Source: Candidatus Nomurabacteria bacterium RIFCSPHIGHO2_01_FULL_37_25 (GTDB lineage: Bacteria > Patescibacteriota > Minisyncoccia > Phycocordibacterales > UBA9973). Taken from it: 64,000 nucleotides of DNA. Position 1 is the first letter of the stretch; each line of letters starts with the position of its first letter. The notes below the pieces were generated by a model. The model saw nothing but the letters and a program-made list of their open reading frames with translations, had not been told where the DNA came from and did not search any database. The DNA lies in assembly GCA_001786765.1 (NCBI GenBank), contig MFTH01000016.1, forward strand, positions 21,666-85,665, written 5' to 3'. Of the stretch, positions 43,049 through 52,947 are shown one piece after another. Position numbers and translations under genes: made by a program.

Positions 43049-44274
43049 AAAAACAAAAAACAAAAAACAAAAAAATTGTGAAGAAAATAAAAAACAAGAA
43101 GTTTAAAACAAAAAAAGTAAAGAAAAATAAAATAAAAAAAGTTTTAAAGTCTCGCTCATCGAGCCATAGTCGGAGGAAAAAAATCGCAAAATTATCTTTT
43201 TTAGAAAAAAAAGCGGCAAACTTGACTCGCATTTCAAATGAGCTTATAGAAAAAGGACGCAAAAGGGGATTTATTACTTATGATGAAATATTAAAAACTT
43301 TCCCGGATATTGAAAATAATATTTTGTTCTTAGATGAACTTTATGAAAAGTTTGGAGTTGCTGGGATTGATGTGCTAGAGGGTGGAAATTTATTAAATCT
43401 TGATAATGATTTATCCGACAAAGATTTGAATAAATCCACGATGCATGACTCTATTCAAATGTATTTAAAGGAAATAGGTCAATATCCGCTTATTCATGCA
43501 AGTGATGAAAAAGATCTTGCTAAGCGTATTGAACGTGGAGATTTAGAAGCAAAAAATTTACTTGCTCGGGCAAATTTACGTCTCGTCGTATCAATTGCTA
43601 AAAAATATGTTGGGAGGTCTGCTAATCTGACTTTACTGGATTTAATCCAAGAAGGCAATCTAGGTTTATTTAAGGCAGTTGAGAAGTTTGATTGGAATAA
43701 AGGATATAAATTTTCCACTTATGCGACTTGGTGGATTCGTCAATCTATAACTCGCGCATTAGCTGACCAGAGTAGGACTATTCGTATTCCAGTGCACATG
43801 GTAGAAACAATTTCAAAATATAAACAAATACATCGCCGACTCTCTCAAGATCTAGGCCGAGAACCATTAGCTGAAGAAATTGCTACTGAAATGAATATTC
43901 CAGTTGAAAAAATACATGTAATTGAAAATATTTCACAAGAAACTATGTCACTTGAACAACCAGTAGGAGATGATGATGATAAATCAACATTAGAAAATTT
44001 TATTCCAGATGATAAAATACTGCGCCCGGATCAAGAATCTTCTCGCAGAATTCTCTCGGATCAAATTCGTGAAGTCTTGAATGAGCTTAATTCTAAAGAG
44101 CGTAAAATTTTAGAAATGCGTTATGGTCTTTTGGACGGCATTCAACATACATTAGAAAGGGTAGGAGAAGAATTCAATGTCACACGCGAACGTATTCGCC
44201 AAATCGAAGCCAAAGTTCACGAAAAACTTCGTCAGCACGAAAAAATTTCTAGATTAAAAAATTATTTTGATTAA
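43045..44274 (+). CDS. rpoD: primary sigma-70 factor with a lysine-rich N-terminal extension
   Basis: Regions 1.2-4 are present ([41 protein letters not shown]). The N-terminal ~60 aa are K-rich. Confidence 0.9.
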   Translation: MKKQKTKNKKIVKKIKNKKFKTKKVKKNKIKKVLKSRSSSHSRRKKIAKLSFLEKKAANLTRISNELIEKGRKRGFITYDEILKTFPDIENNILFLDELYEKFGVAGIDVLEGGNLLNLDNDLSDKDLNKSTMHDSIQMYLKEIGQYPLIHASDEKDLAKRIERGDLEAKNLLARANLRLVVSIAKKYVGRSANLTLLDLIQEGNLGLFKAVEKFDWNKGYKFSTYATWWIRQSITRALADQSRTIRIPVHMVETISKYKQIHRRLSQDLGREPLAEEIATEMNIPVEKIHVIENISQETMSLEQPVGDDDDKSTLENFIPDDKILRPDQESSRRILSDQIREVLNELNSKERKILEMRYGLLDGIQHTLERVGEEFNVTRERIRQIEAKVHEKLRQHEKISRLKNYFD

Positions 44275-44286
44275 GTAGAAATAATA

Positions 44287-45039
44287 TTAAAGTTTTGTTT
44301 CGTCAAATTTGTTGTTAGACGGAGTGATTTTAAAAAGTTGGTCAGTATATTTCCAGAAACCATCATTTCCCTTTTGTTCGAAGGCGCATTCTGTGGCTTC
44401 AGCTTCACGAAAAGCCTTTGGGTGAAGCTGAGCAATTGGATAATGACGATACACCCAAGCTACATCTCCATTACTTTTTTCTACTACTTGATGCATAGTC
44501 TCGTGGAATACTTTACAAAACGGACATTCTAAATCTGAATATTCCACTATAATTATTTTTGCATTTATATTTCCTAAAATATGGTCATCTAACGAAACTG
44601 CCCTCATTTCTGTAGTTATCGATTTTGTGTCATTTGTTAATGCATCTGTAATTTTTTGCATTACCCCTTCAAAAGGTTGAGCTCCTTCAATAGTATCAAC
44701 CACAATATTATTTTTTAATATAAAAGAAGATGGTGTTCCATTTACACCAGCTTTAACTCCATCATCAATATCAGCTTGAATCTTATCTTTAAATTTTCCG
44801 CTTAGAAGACAAGCATTAAAAGATTTTACGTTTAAACCAATAGTTTTAGAGATTGACACATCTGTTGATATGGTTGGCGAGGTATTTCCTTTTATTAAGA
44901 TTGCCCCAGCGATAAGAATTCCCGCTATAATTATCGCTCCAGCTATTTGCGCTTGATTTTTATTTGCGCTGGTGTTTATTATCGCGCTATCGTTTGTAAG
45001 TTTATTTTTCTCTTTGTCTTCAATATTATATTCTTCCAT
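44287..45039 (-). CDS. membrane-anchored DsbA-like thiol:disulfide oxidoreductase
   Basis: TM anchor. Thioredoxin fold with an ECPFC active site. Confidence 0.6.
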   Translation of the reverse strand: MEEYNIEDKEKNKLTNDSAIINTSANKNQAQIAGAIIIAGILIAGAILIKGNTSPTISTDVSISKTIGLNVKSFNACLLSGKFKDKIQADIDDGVKAGVNGTPSSFILKNNIVVDTIEGAQPFEGVMQKITDALTNDTKSITTEMRAVSLDDHILGNINAKIIIVEYSDLECPFCKVFHETMHQVVEKSNGDVAWVYRHYPIAQLHPKAFREAEATECAFEQKGNDGFWKYTDQLFKITPSNNKFDETKL

Positions 45040-45112
45040 TTATTTATTTTTTAATTGTTAATATCTTTATTATAGCATCTTTTTGTATTATGCTATAATA
45101 GCTATAGCAACT

Positions 45113-45251
45113 TTGAATTACGAAACTCTTTCTAGGCATGTCTTTTTCTAGGGTACGGATTTTTTTAAGTTTAAAAAATCCTGAAGTTCTCGGCTCGACA
45201 GCCTCGAAACCCCCTAAAAAAGACATGCCTTCGACGAGTTTCGTAATTCAA
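45113..45251. repeat. family-1 structured repeat, copy E (long form, core 45151-45224 reverse)
   Basis: Outer inverted repeat TTGAATTACGAAACTC / GAGTTTCGTAATTCAA. Inner inverted repeat CTAGGCATGTCTTTTTCTAGG / CCTAAAAAAGACATGCC. Both stems are shared with copy A. Confidence 0.85.
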
Positions 45252-45329
45252 AGTTATAAAATTTAATTTGCTTGTTTGGTCGTTCAAGCAAAGTATTGTA
45301 TTTATTAAATATTTTTAAAGTATAAACAT

Positions 45330-45626
45330 ATGTGTCATTCAAATTGTAATCACAAGTGGGGTGGGTGTGCTGTGTCTATGATTGCCCAGGTTTTATTAGT
45401 TGCAGGAGGATTAAATTGGGGATTGGTAGGTGTAGGGATGCTTTTGAACGCAGAGTCTTGGAATGTTGTTAACATAGCTCTAGGTTCTATGCCAACTTTA
45501 GAAGCTGTTGTCTACTTGTTAGTAGGTGTTGCCGCTGTTATGAGTATTTTTGGTTGTAAGTGCAATAAGTGCATGGCAGAATGCGCTAATTGTGTTGCTG
45601 GTGGTAAAACTGGGAGTAATATGTAA
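45330..45626 (+). CDS. DUF378 small membrane protein with Cys-rich N- and C-terminal tails
   Basis: AGGLNWGLVGVGML...AVVYLLVGVAAV is the DUF378 core. Tails are MCHSNCNHKWGGC and CKCNKCMAECANC. Confidence 0.55.
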   Translation: MCHSNCNHKWGGCAVSMIAQVLLVAGGLNWGLVGVGMLLNAESWNVVNIALGSMPTLEAVVYLLVGVAAVMSIFGCKCNKCMAECANCVAGGKTGSNM

Positions 45627-45646
45627 TATTTCGCGATAGAAGCTAT

Positions 45647-46891
45647 ATGGTTTTAATTCCAAACATAATATTTTATGTGTTAATCTTTTTGTCTGTCTAC
45701 GCGCAGGTCTTTTTTCTTGTTACATTTTTTGAAAATAGAAAAAAAATAGTTATTAGAAATGGAAAAACTAAGCTTAATAAATATGAAACAGTAACCATTG
45801 TTGTGCCGTGCTGGAATGAAGAGAGTACTGTTTATAAAACAATACGCTCGCTTCTCGCCTTAAATTATCCGCAAGATAAATTAAAAATTTTACTCATTGA
45901 TGATGGTTCTACTGATGGCACTTGGAATATAATTCGTAAGTTTAAAAAATATCCAAATATAAAAATCTTTCAAAAAGAAAATGGTGGCAAATATACAGCT
46001 CTAAATTTAGGATTAAAACATTCAGAGACAAGTTTTTTTGGGGCCTTAGACGCAGATACCTTGGCCGATCCGGAGTCCCTGATTCGCATTATGAGTTATT
46101 TTGAAAAAGACAAGAGTATTATGGCTGTTGTTCCTTCAGTTGTTGTCTATAATCCAAAGAATTTAATTCAAAATGCTCAAAAAGCCGAATACCATATGGG
46201 CGTTTATACGAAGAAAATGCTTAGTTTCTTGGGGGCTATTAATGTGACTCCAGGACCTCTCACGATCTTTCGGAGAAAAGTTTTTGACGATTTGGGACCT
46301 TATCGACACGGACACAATACAGAGGATATGGAAATTGCTTACAGAATGCAAAAAAATAATTGTAAAATAGAACACTGTAATGACGCTTTCGTTTATACTA
46401 ATACACCGAACACAATTATCAAATTATACAAGCAAAGACTGCGTTGGATTTACGGTTTTATAAATAATACAATTGATTATCGTGATGTTTTGTTGAAAAA
46501 AAAATATGGGAACTTTTCTCTATTTATTCTACCAACAGGTGTTGTCTCTATTCTTGCCATAAGTTACCTTTTTGGCAGGCTAGTTTATAGTTCAATTAAT
46601 TTTATTTATCTGAAGTTTATTACTTTCAATACCATAGGATGGAATTTGTCTTTTAAAAGTTACAACTTTGATCTTTTTTTTATAGATACTAGTTCATATG
46701 TATTTTTAGTTTTTTTGATTTATCTTTTGGTTATTTTTGGAATAGTTTTTGGAAGAAGAATGTCAGAAGGGAAATGGGTTTTGTCTTTTAATATGATTTA
46801 TTTTTTAATAGTTTTTCGTTTTCTTGCTCCATTTTGGTTTTTAAAGGCAATTTATAGTACTATTTTAAAGAGGAAGCCTGCCTGGAGATGA
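45647..46891 (+). CDS. family 2 glycosyltransferase, processive-type membrane enzyme
   Basis: LIDDGSTDGT, DADT, QRLRW (QxxRW) motif. Multiple TM helices. Confidence 0.75.
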   Translation: MVLIPNIIFYVLIFLSVYAQVFFLVTFFENRKKIVIRNGKTKLNKYETVTIVVPCWNEESTVYKTIRSLLALNYPQDKLKILLIDDGSTDGTWNIIRKFKKYPNIKIFQKENGGKYTALNLGLKHSETSFFGALDADTLADPESLIRIMSYFEKDKSIMAVVPSVVVYNPKNLIQNAQKAEYHMGVYTKKMLSFLGAINVTPGPLTIFRRKVFDDLGPYRHGHNTEDMEIAYRMQKNNCKIEHCNDAFVYTNTPNTIIKLYKQRLRWIYGFINNTIDYRDVLLKKKYGNFSLFILPTGVVSILAISYLFGRLVYSSINFIYLKFITFNTIGWNLSFKSYNFDLFFIDTSSYVFLVFLIYLLVIFGIVFGRRMSEGKWVLSFNMIYFLIVFRFLAPFWFLKAIYSTILKRKPAWR

Positions 46892-46913
46892 TTACTAAAA
46901 TAACACTTAATTC

Positions 46914-47582
46914 ATGATTGATTGGAAGAAATATTTAATTGTATTTTTTATTACTGCCGGTCTTTTTTTAACGGCAGGTTATTTTAGTAATTATCTCGGC
47001 AATAAAAAAATTGATCAAATAAAATCAATACAAGATCAAATTGCCATAAATATTCTTTCTTCAGAAACACAGTTTTCATTACTTCAAGAACTCTCCTGTA
47101 ATAATGTATCAGCATCTATACTTTCTGATGAACTTGATGATATTGGCAATAAGCTCGAATGGGGACAGAAAAATTTGGGTTCGATAGATGAGGTTTCTTA
47201 TTTAAAAAAATACTATTCATTGCTTCAGATTAAAGATTACTTATTAATGAAAAAAATATCTGCGAGCTGTAAAATAAAGTCTGCCTTTATTCTTTATTTT
47301 TATACTACAGCTGAAAACTGCAGTGAATGTGAACGAGAGAGTATAGTCCTTTCAGAACTTCGTGAAAAATATCCAGAACTTCGTGTCTATTCTTTTGATT
47401 ATAGTACGGATCTTTCTGTGGTCAAAGCCTTGCTTAAAATTTATAAAATAAAGGATACAGAACTTCCGGCTCTTGTCTTAGGAGACGAACTCTTGACGGG
47501 CTTCCATAGTATTGATGAACTTGACGCAAAAGTCCAAAAGTCTTTCAAGCTTCAGGAAACAAAATCAAATGGAAATACATAA
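46914..47582 (+). CDS. hypothetical membrane-anchored protein
   Basis: N-terminal TM helix, CSEC motif. No family assigned. Confidence 0.3.
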   Translation: MIDWKKYLIVFFITAGLFLTAGYFSNYLGNKKIDQIKSIQDQIAINILSSETQFSLLQELSCNNVSASILSDELDDIGNKLEWGQKNLGSIDEVSYLKKYYSLLQIKDYLLMKKISASCKIKSAFILYFYTTAENCSECERESIVLSELREKYPELRVYSFDYSTDLSVVKALLKIYKIKDTELPALVLGDELLTGFHSIDELDAKVQKSFKLQETKSNGNT

Positions 47583-48282
47583 AGAAATAAATAAAGATTA
47601 TATACATCATCAAAAATTTCTTTTTACAGATGTCCTGAAAGAAGTGGTTTTTGGCATAGAAGATGGTATGGTTTCAACCTTAGGTTCAATTACTGGCATA
47701 GCCATAGGTAGCAACAACCAGGCTATAGTTATTCTCGCAGGGGTGGTTATTATTTCCGTAGAATCTATTTCTATGGGTATAGGGTCTTATCTGTCAAATC
47801 GCTCTCAAGAAGAAATGGAAGAAAGAAAAATAAAAGAAGAAAAAGAAGAATTAGAACAATTTCCAGAAGAAGAAAAAGAAGAACTCCACCAAATGTATTT
47901 GAAGGATGGTTGGTCAAAAAATTTAGCAACCCAAATGTCCGAGGAAGTATCTAAAAATAAAGAACTTATGTTGAAAGAAATGATTATGCGTGAATTGAAA
48001 ATCTCGGGTGATCAAGAGTCTGTATCTACTAAAGGTGGATTCTATATGTTTTTCGCTTATGTTTTGGGTGGGGTAATTCCATTATTTGCTTATTTTATTT
48101 TACCTATCAAAAATGCCATTCCTCTTTCAATAACAATAACTTTGATTGGGCTTTTTGCTCTCGGAATGAGTACTACGAAGTTTACTAAACAGCCTTTAAT
48201 AAAATCAGGTTTGAGAGTTCTAGCGCTGGGGGGCGTAGCTCTAATAGCCGGACTTGTCGCTGGAATATTTCTAGGACAATAA
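47569..48282 (+). CDS. VIT1/CCC1-family iron/manganese transporter
   Basis: VFGIEDGMVSTLGSITGIA...EEMEER...C-terminal TM bundle. The ATG at 47569 (MEIHKEINKDY) is preferred over the track start at 47512. Confidence 0.65.
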   Translation: MEIHKEINKDYIHHQKFLFTDVLKEVVFGIEDGMVSTLGSITGIAIGSNNQAIVILAGVVIISVESISMGIGSYLSNRSQEEMEERKIKEEKEELEQFPEEEKEELHQMYLKDGWSKNLATQMSEEVSKNKELMLKEMIMRELKISGDQESVSTKGGFYMFFAYVLGGVIPLFAYFILPIKNAIPLSITITLIGLFALGMSTTKFTKQPLIKSGLRVLALGGVALIAGLVAGIFLGQ

Positions 48283-48285
48283 TTC

Positions 48286-48361
48286 TGGAGCCGGCAGGGG
48301 GATTCGAACCCGCGACCTTCGCTTTACAAAAGCGTTGCTCTACCAACTGAGCTATGCCGGC
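48286..48361 (-). tRNA. tRNA-Thr (anticodon UGU), CCA encoded
   Basis: Reverse complement GCCGGCATAGCTCAGTTGGTAGAGCAACGCTTTTGTAAAGCGAAGGTCGCGGGTTCGAATCCCCCTGCCGGCTCCA. Confidence 0.75.
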
Positions 48362-48396
48362 AATTACTAACTCAGATACAATATCATATTACTTCG

Positions 48397-48523
48397 AATT
48401 ATGAAACTCAAAAATATAACTTTATGCAGGGGTTTCGAGGCTGACGAGCCGAGAACTTCAAGATTTTTTAAGCTTCAAAAAATCTGTACCGGAAGAAAGT
48501 TGATATTTTTGAGTTTCATAATT
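48397..48523. repeat. family-1 structured repeat, copy F (core 48429-48492 forward) inside a 21-bp perfect outer stem
   Basis: AATTATGAAACTCAAAAATAT...GGGGTTTCGAGGCTGACGAGCCGAGAACTTCAAGATTTTTTAAGCTTCAAAAAATCTGTACCGG...ATATTTTTGAGTTTCATAATT. Confidence 0.85.
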
Positions 48524-48535
48524 CATAAATATTAT

Positions 48536-48937
48536 TTACAAATTCTCTTCTTTTTTGATTTTGTGTTTAATTTCTCTGATTTTGTTTTTGTAGTCTCCTA
48601 TGATTCTTAAGAATTTAGAAATTTCTTTCTCTTCGCCATTTGGATTATTTTTTTTACCCAAAGTCTTTATTTTAATTTTTATTTCCTGATATTTATTTTT
48701 TAAAAAATTAGAGAATCGGATATACGACCGAAGTATTTCCACTAATAATATATGTCCGTATTTTTTTATATTTTTAATAGTAAAAAGTTTAATTTTTTCT
48801 AAGTGTGAAATTCTAAAAAGAACTTCTATATTGCTAGTTATTATTTGTCCGTTTTGTAATAAAAATAATTTTTTCCCTATCATAAAAATGATAGAAAAAA
48901 GCGATGTAAAGAATAAAATTAGAAGAAAATATATCAT
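48536..48937 (-). CDS. hypothetical small membrane protein downstream of tsf
   Basis: Hydrophobic N-terminus, K-rich tail. Co-oriented with rpsB-tsf. Confidence 0.3.
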   Translation of the reverse strand: MIYFLLILFFTSLFSIIFMIGKKLFLLQNGQIITSNIEVLFRISHLEKIKLFTIKNIKKYGHILLVEILRSYIRFSNFLKNKYQEIKIKIKTLGKKNNPNGEEKEISKFLRIIGDYKNKIREIKHKIKKEENL

Positions 48938-48943
48938 ATTATT

Positions 48944-49723
48944 TTATATTGAATAAACTTTTACTTCCTTTATTTTTGCTTTTGATTTTTCTAAAAGCTC
49001 ATTGATTGATTCCTCTCCATTTTTAATAAACGGTTGTTCCAACAAAGTTTTTTCTTTAAAATAAGTATTGATTTTGCCGTCTAGCATTTTTTTCTTTATT
49101 TCTTCAGGTTTGTCTATACTTGCTAATTCTTTTTGGAAAATTTCTAACATCATTTTTCTTGTATCAGAAGTTATTTCATCTGACGTTATGTATTCTGGTT
49201 TCATTGCGGTAATGTGCATCGCTATGTCTTTTGCAAGTTCTGTATTTCCACCAATTAAGCTAACGATTACTCCAGATTTATTGTTGTGCACATAACCTCC
49301 TAGAACATCGCCTGATACTTCATAGACATCGCCTAATTGTATGTTTTCCCCAGTTTTTTGAATTACAGTATTTATCATTTCTTTCGCTTCTTCTTTCATT
49401 TTTTCTATTCCATTTTCAAGGACAATGTTCCCCAGATTTTTTAGCAATATTGTAAAGTCTTCATTTCTAGATACAAAATCAGTTTCGCAATGGAGAGATA
49501 CTAAAACAGCTTTTTGATTTTTTATTCCAATCATTACCGCGCCGTCTTTGACCTCGCGGTTGATTTTTTTTAGCGCAATATCCGAGCTCGTCTTTTTTAA
49601 AATAGCCAAAGCTTTTTTCATATCGCCAAGAGCTTCTTCTAAGGCGCGTTTACACTGCATCACGGAAACACCAGTGGCATCACGAAGCTCCTTCACTTGC
49701 TCTGTTGTGATTTGAATAGGCAT
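48944..49723 (-). CDS. tsf: elongation factor Ts
   Basis: MPIQITTEQVKELRDATGVSVMQCKRALEE (UBA-like N-terminus). Confidence 0.9.
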   Translation of the reverse strand: MPIQITTEQVKELRDATGVSVMQCKRALEEALGDMKKALAILKKTSSDIALKKINREVKDGAVMIGIKNQKAVLVSLHCETDFVSRNEDFTILLKNLGNIVLENGIEKMKEEAKEMINTVIQKTGENIQLGDVYEVSGDVLGGYVHNNKSGVIVSLIGGNTELAKDIAMHITAMKPEYITSDEITSDTRKMMLEIFQKELASIDKPEEIKKKMLDGKINTYFKEKTLLEQPFIKNGEESINELLEKSKAKIKEVKVYSI

Positions 49724-49728
49724 ATCTT

Positions 49729-50487
49729 TTAGAATATTTTTTCGGGAACAGAAGTTGTTCCATTCTTATAAGCATTCGTAATAGCTTGACTGAAAAATTT
49801 TATAGAAGGGATGCTGGAGTCATTACCGACGATAGGGTATTCAATGTCTTTAATATTTGAATCAGAATTCATTAGAGAAATTATGGGCACATTGGATTTC
49901 TTGGCTTCTGTTGTGGCGATATGTTCTTTTTTTGCGTCTATTATAAACAATGCATCTGGAGTTTTTTTCAAGCCAACAAGTCCAGCATAATATCTTTCAA
50001 GCTTTTCTGTTTTTTTTGCCATAACCCCCCGTTCTTTTTTAGTATATTTATCAAGTCCGCCTTCTGCGCTGTCTTTGCGATAATTTTCAAGTTCTACAAT
50101 TCTTTTTCTTATTTCTGTGAAGTTACTCAAAGTGCCTCCAATCCAACGTTCATTAACATAGGGCATATTCAAAGACATAGCCATGTTTTTCGTTGTATCT
50201 TTAGCTTCAGGCTTTGTTCCGACAAAAAGGACAATTTTATTCTGCGCTCCCAAACTTTTTACAAATTCTGTAGCCTTCTCTAGCATAATACTTGTTTTTT
50301 CAAGATTAATTATGTCTATTTTATTTTTTGTAGCGTATATATATTTTGAGAGATTTGGGTGTCTTCTTGTTTTTGAATAGCCGTAATGCGCCCCAACTTT
50401 GAACATTTGTTCTATCAATGACGACCCGACATAGTTTTCTTGGACATCAGTATTCTCTTCCTTTCTATTTACTTTTTGCATTTGCAT
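49729..50487 (-). CDS. rpsB: ribosomal protein uS2
   Basis: KVGAHYGYSKTRRHPNLSKYIY, flavodoxin-like core. Confidence 0.9.
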   Translation of the reverse strand: MQMQKVNRKEENTDVQENYVGSSLIEQMFKVGAHYGYSKTRRHPNLSKYIYATKNKIDIINLEKTSIMLEKATEFVKSLGAQNKIVLFVGTKPEAKDTTKNMAMSLNMPYVNERWIGGTLSNFTEIRKRIVELENYRKDSAEGGLDKYTKKERGVMAKKTEKLERYYAGLVGLKKTPDALFIIDAKKEHIATTEAKKSNVPIISLMNSDSNIKDIEYPIVGNDSSIPSIKFFSQAITNAYKNGTTSVPEKIF

Positions 50488-50641
50488 AATATAACAGAAA
50501 GTCGCATATTTTGCAAACTCTGTTTTTATGTTTAGAAGTATTTTAAACTTTGACCAAAAGACTTTTTTTGGGTTAAACCTAAAAGAACTTAGGTCGCCCG
50601 AACTTTTTGCAAAGTAAAAAGTTTTAGGGTAAGATAGTCCA

Positions 50642-51925
50642 ATGAGGCAATCTAAACTTTTTACTAAAACAAGAAGAGAAATACCAGCGGACGAGGTGTC
50701 AAAAAACGCGCAGTTGCTTATTCGTGGGGGTTTTATAAATAAAGAAATGGCTGGAGTTTATGATTATCTGCCACTTGGATTATTGGTGCTAAAAAAAATA
50801 GAAAATATTATTCGTGAAGAAATGAATGCTATCGGAGGACAGGAAGTATTGATGAGTACTTTACAAAGGCCTGAACTTTGGGAAAGGACCGATAGATGGG
50901 ATGATAATAAATTACCTTGGTTCAAAACTAATTTGAGAGTTGACGCAGATCATGACAAAGGACGTTCTAAAGAACTTGGTCTTGCCACAACTCACGAGGA
51001 ACCAGTTTCAAATATGCTCGAACAATTTATTTCTTCATATAAAAATTTGCCTTTTTCTTTATATCAATTTCAGACAAAATTTAGAAATGAAGTTAGGGCT
51101 AGGTCTGGTATTATCCGCACTCGTGAATTTATTATGAAAGACCTCTATTCTTTTTCTAAAGATGAAAAAGAGCACGAGAAATTTTATGAACAGGTAAAAG
51201 AAGCCTATAAAAATATTTTTAAGCGTACGGGTATTGGGCATTTAACATATCTTACTTTTGCTTCGGGAGGAGCGTTTTCAAAATTTTCTCACGAGTTTCA
51301 AACTATTACAAGCGCGGGAGAAGACACCATATACGTTGACGAAAATAAAGGAATGGCTGTGAATAAAGAAGTATATAATGATGAAGTTATTAAAAATTTA
51401 GGACTTTCAAAAGATACTTTGGTGGAAAATAAAGCAGTAGAAGTAGGAAATATTTTTACACTTGGCACAAAATTTTCAGATCCTCATTTGGTTTTTACTA
51501 ATGAAAAAGGGAAAAACAATCTAGTATTTATGGGCAGTTATGGTATTGGTCCAGGCAGACTTATGGGCACGGTTGTGGAGGTGCTTTCAGATGATAAAGG
51601 AATAATTTGGCCTGAATCTATAGCGCCATTTCAGATTCATTTACTTGCTCTAGGAGAAGACGAAGTTATTTTAAAAGAATCTAATAAAATCTATGAGACT
51701 TTGGTAAGAAATAATGTTGAAGTTTTGTTTGATGACCGTCTAAACATATCTAGTGGAGAAAAATTTTCTGACGCAGATTTGATGGGCATTCCTCTTAGAG
51801 CAGTTGTTTCCGCTCGAAGTTTAAAGGAGGGAGGAATAGAAATTAAAAAACGCGTTGAAGAAAAGGGGAAAATTATTTCTGAAGATGAATTATTGAAACT
51901 ATGTTTGAAAAACTCTATAAATTAA
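50642..51925 (+). CDS. proS: prolyl-tRNA synthetase lacking the INS editing domain
   Basis: Class II motifs. 427 aa versus ~570 for bacterial-type ProS. Confidence 0.85.
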   Translation: MRQSKLFTKTRREIPADEVSKNAQLLIRGGFINKEMAGVYDYLPLGLLVLKKIENIIREEMNAIGGQEVLMSTLQRPELWERTDRWDDNKLPWFKTNLRVDADHDKGRSKELGLATTHEEPVSNMLEQFISSYKNLPFSLYQFQTKFRNEVRARSGIIRTREFIMKDLYSFSKDEKEHEKFYEQVKEAYKNIFKRTGIGHLTYLTFASGGAFSKFSHEFQTITSAGEDTIYVDENKGMAVNKEVYNDEVIKNLGLSKDTLVENKAVEVGNIFTLGTKFSDPHLVFTNEKGKNNLVFMGSYGIGPGRLMGTVVEVLSDDKGIIWPESIAPFQIHLLALGEDEVILKESNKIYETLVRNNVEVLFDDRLNISSGEKFSDADLMGIPLRAVVSARSLKEGGIEIKKRVEEKGKIISEDELLKLCLKNSIN

Positions 51926-52947
51926 TTTCTAACGATATAGGTATAGATTTAGGCACATCAAATACCTTAGTCTATTTAAAAGGTCATGGGATAGTGATTA
52001 ACGAACCTTCTGTTGTGGCTGTTAATATCAAGACAAATCAGATTTTAGCAGTTGGCGCAAAAGCTAAAGAAATGTTGGGTCGCACACCCGGACATATCAA
52101 AGCTATTCGTCCGTTGGTGGATGGTGTTATATCGGACTTTGAGGTTACCGAAGAGATGCTTTCCTATTTAATAAATAAAGCAGACAAGATATCTAAAAAA
52201 TTAGCGCGACCGAGAGTTTTGATCGGTGTGCCGACTAACACAACCAATGTTGAAACACGCGCTGTATATGATGCGGCTCGTTCTGCTGGAGCGCGAGAAG
52301 TTTTTTTAGTGGAAGAACCAATGGCTTCGGCTATTGGAGTTAAACTTCCTATCAAGGATCCTGTCGGCTCTATGATTATAGACATCGGTGGAGGAACGAC
52401 TGATATTGCGCTGATTTCTTTGGGTGGAATTGTAAAATCGAAAAATTTAAAAATAGCTGGCGACAGGTTGAATAATGACATAATCACCCATATGCGTGAT
52501 GAATTTAAAATACTTATTGGCGAGAGAACGGCTGAAATGGTAAAAATCGCTATTGGTTCTGTATTGCCTTCCGAATACATGGAAACAGAAATTCATGGAC
52601 GCGATATTTTAACTGGATTGCCTCGCGTTGTGGTAGTGACTGATTCTGATATTCGTGAAGCGCTCAAAGCCTCAATTAAAGAATTAGTGGAAGGTGTAAA
52701 AGATATGCTTGAAACAACGCCACCTGAAATTTTATCCGACATAATGCACAGAGGCATAACTTTATCTGGTGGAGGAGCCTTGATACCCGGACTTGATCGA
52801 CTGTTGGGGCATGTTCTCAAAATCCCAGTCTATGTGGTGGAAGACCCGCTTTCATCTGTTGCGAGAGGCACAGGAATAATTCTAGACAACATGTCATTTT
52901 ATAAAGAAGTTTTGATTGGGAATCAAGATGAGTTACCTCCTAGATAA
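51901..52947 (+). CDS. mreB: rod shape-determining protein MreB
   Basis: IGIDLGTSNTLVY, actin-fold phosphate loops. Confidence 0.9.
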   Translation: MFEKLYKLISNDIGIDLGTSNTLVYLKGHGIVINEPSVVAVNIKTNQILAVGAKAKEMLGRTPGHIKAIRPLVDGVISDFEVTEEMLSYLINKADKISKKLARPRVLIGVPTNTTNVETRAVYDAARSAGAREVFLVEEPMASAIGVKLPIKDPVGSMIIDIGGGTTDIALISLGGIVKSKNLKIAGDRLNNDIITHMRDEFKILIGERTAEMVKIAIGSVLPSEYMETEIHGRDILTGLPRVVVVTDSDIREALKASIKELVEGVKDMLETTPPEILSDIMHRGITLSGGGALIPGLDRLLGHVLKIPVYVVEDPLSSVARGTGIILDNMSFYKEVLIGNQDELPPR

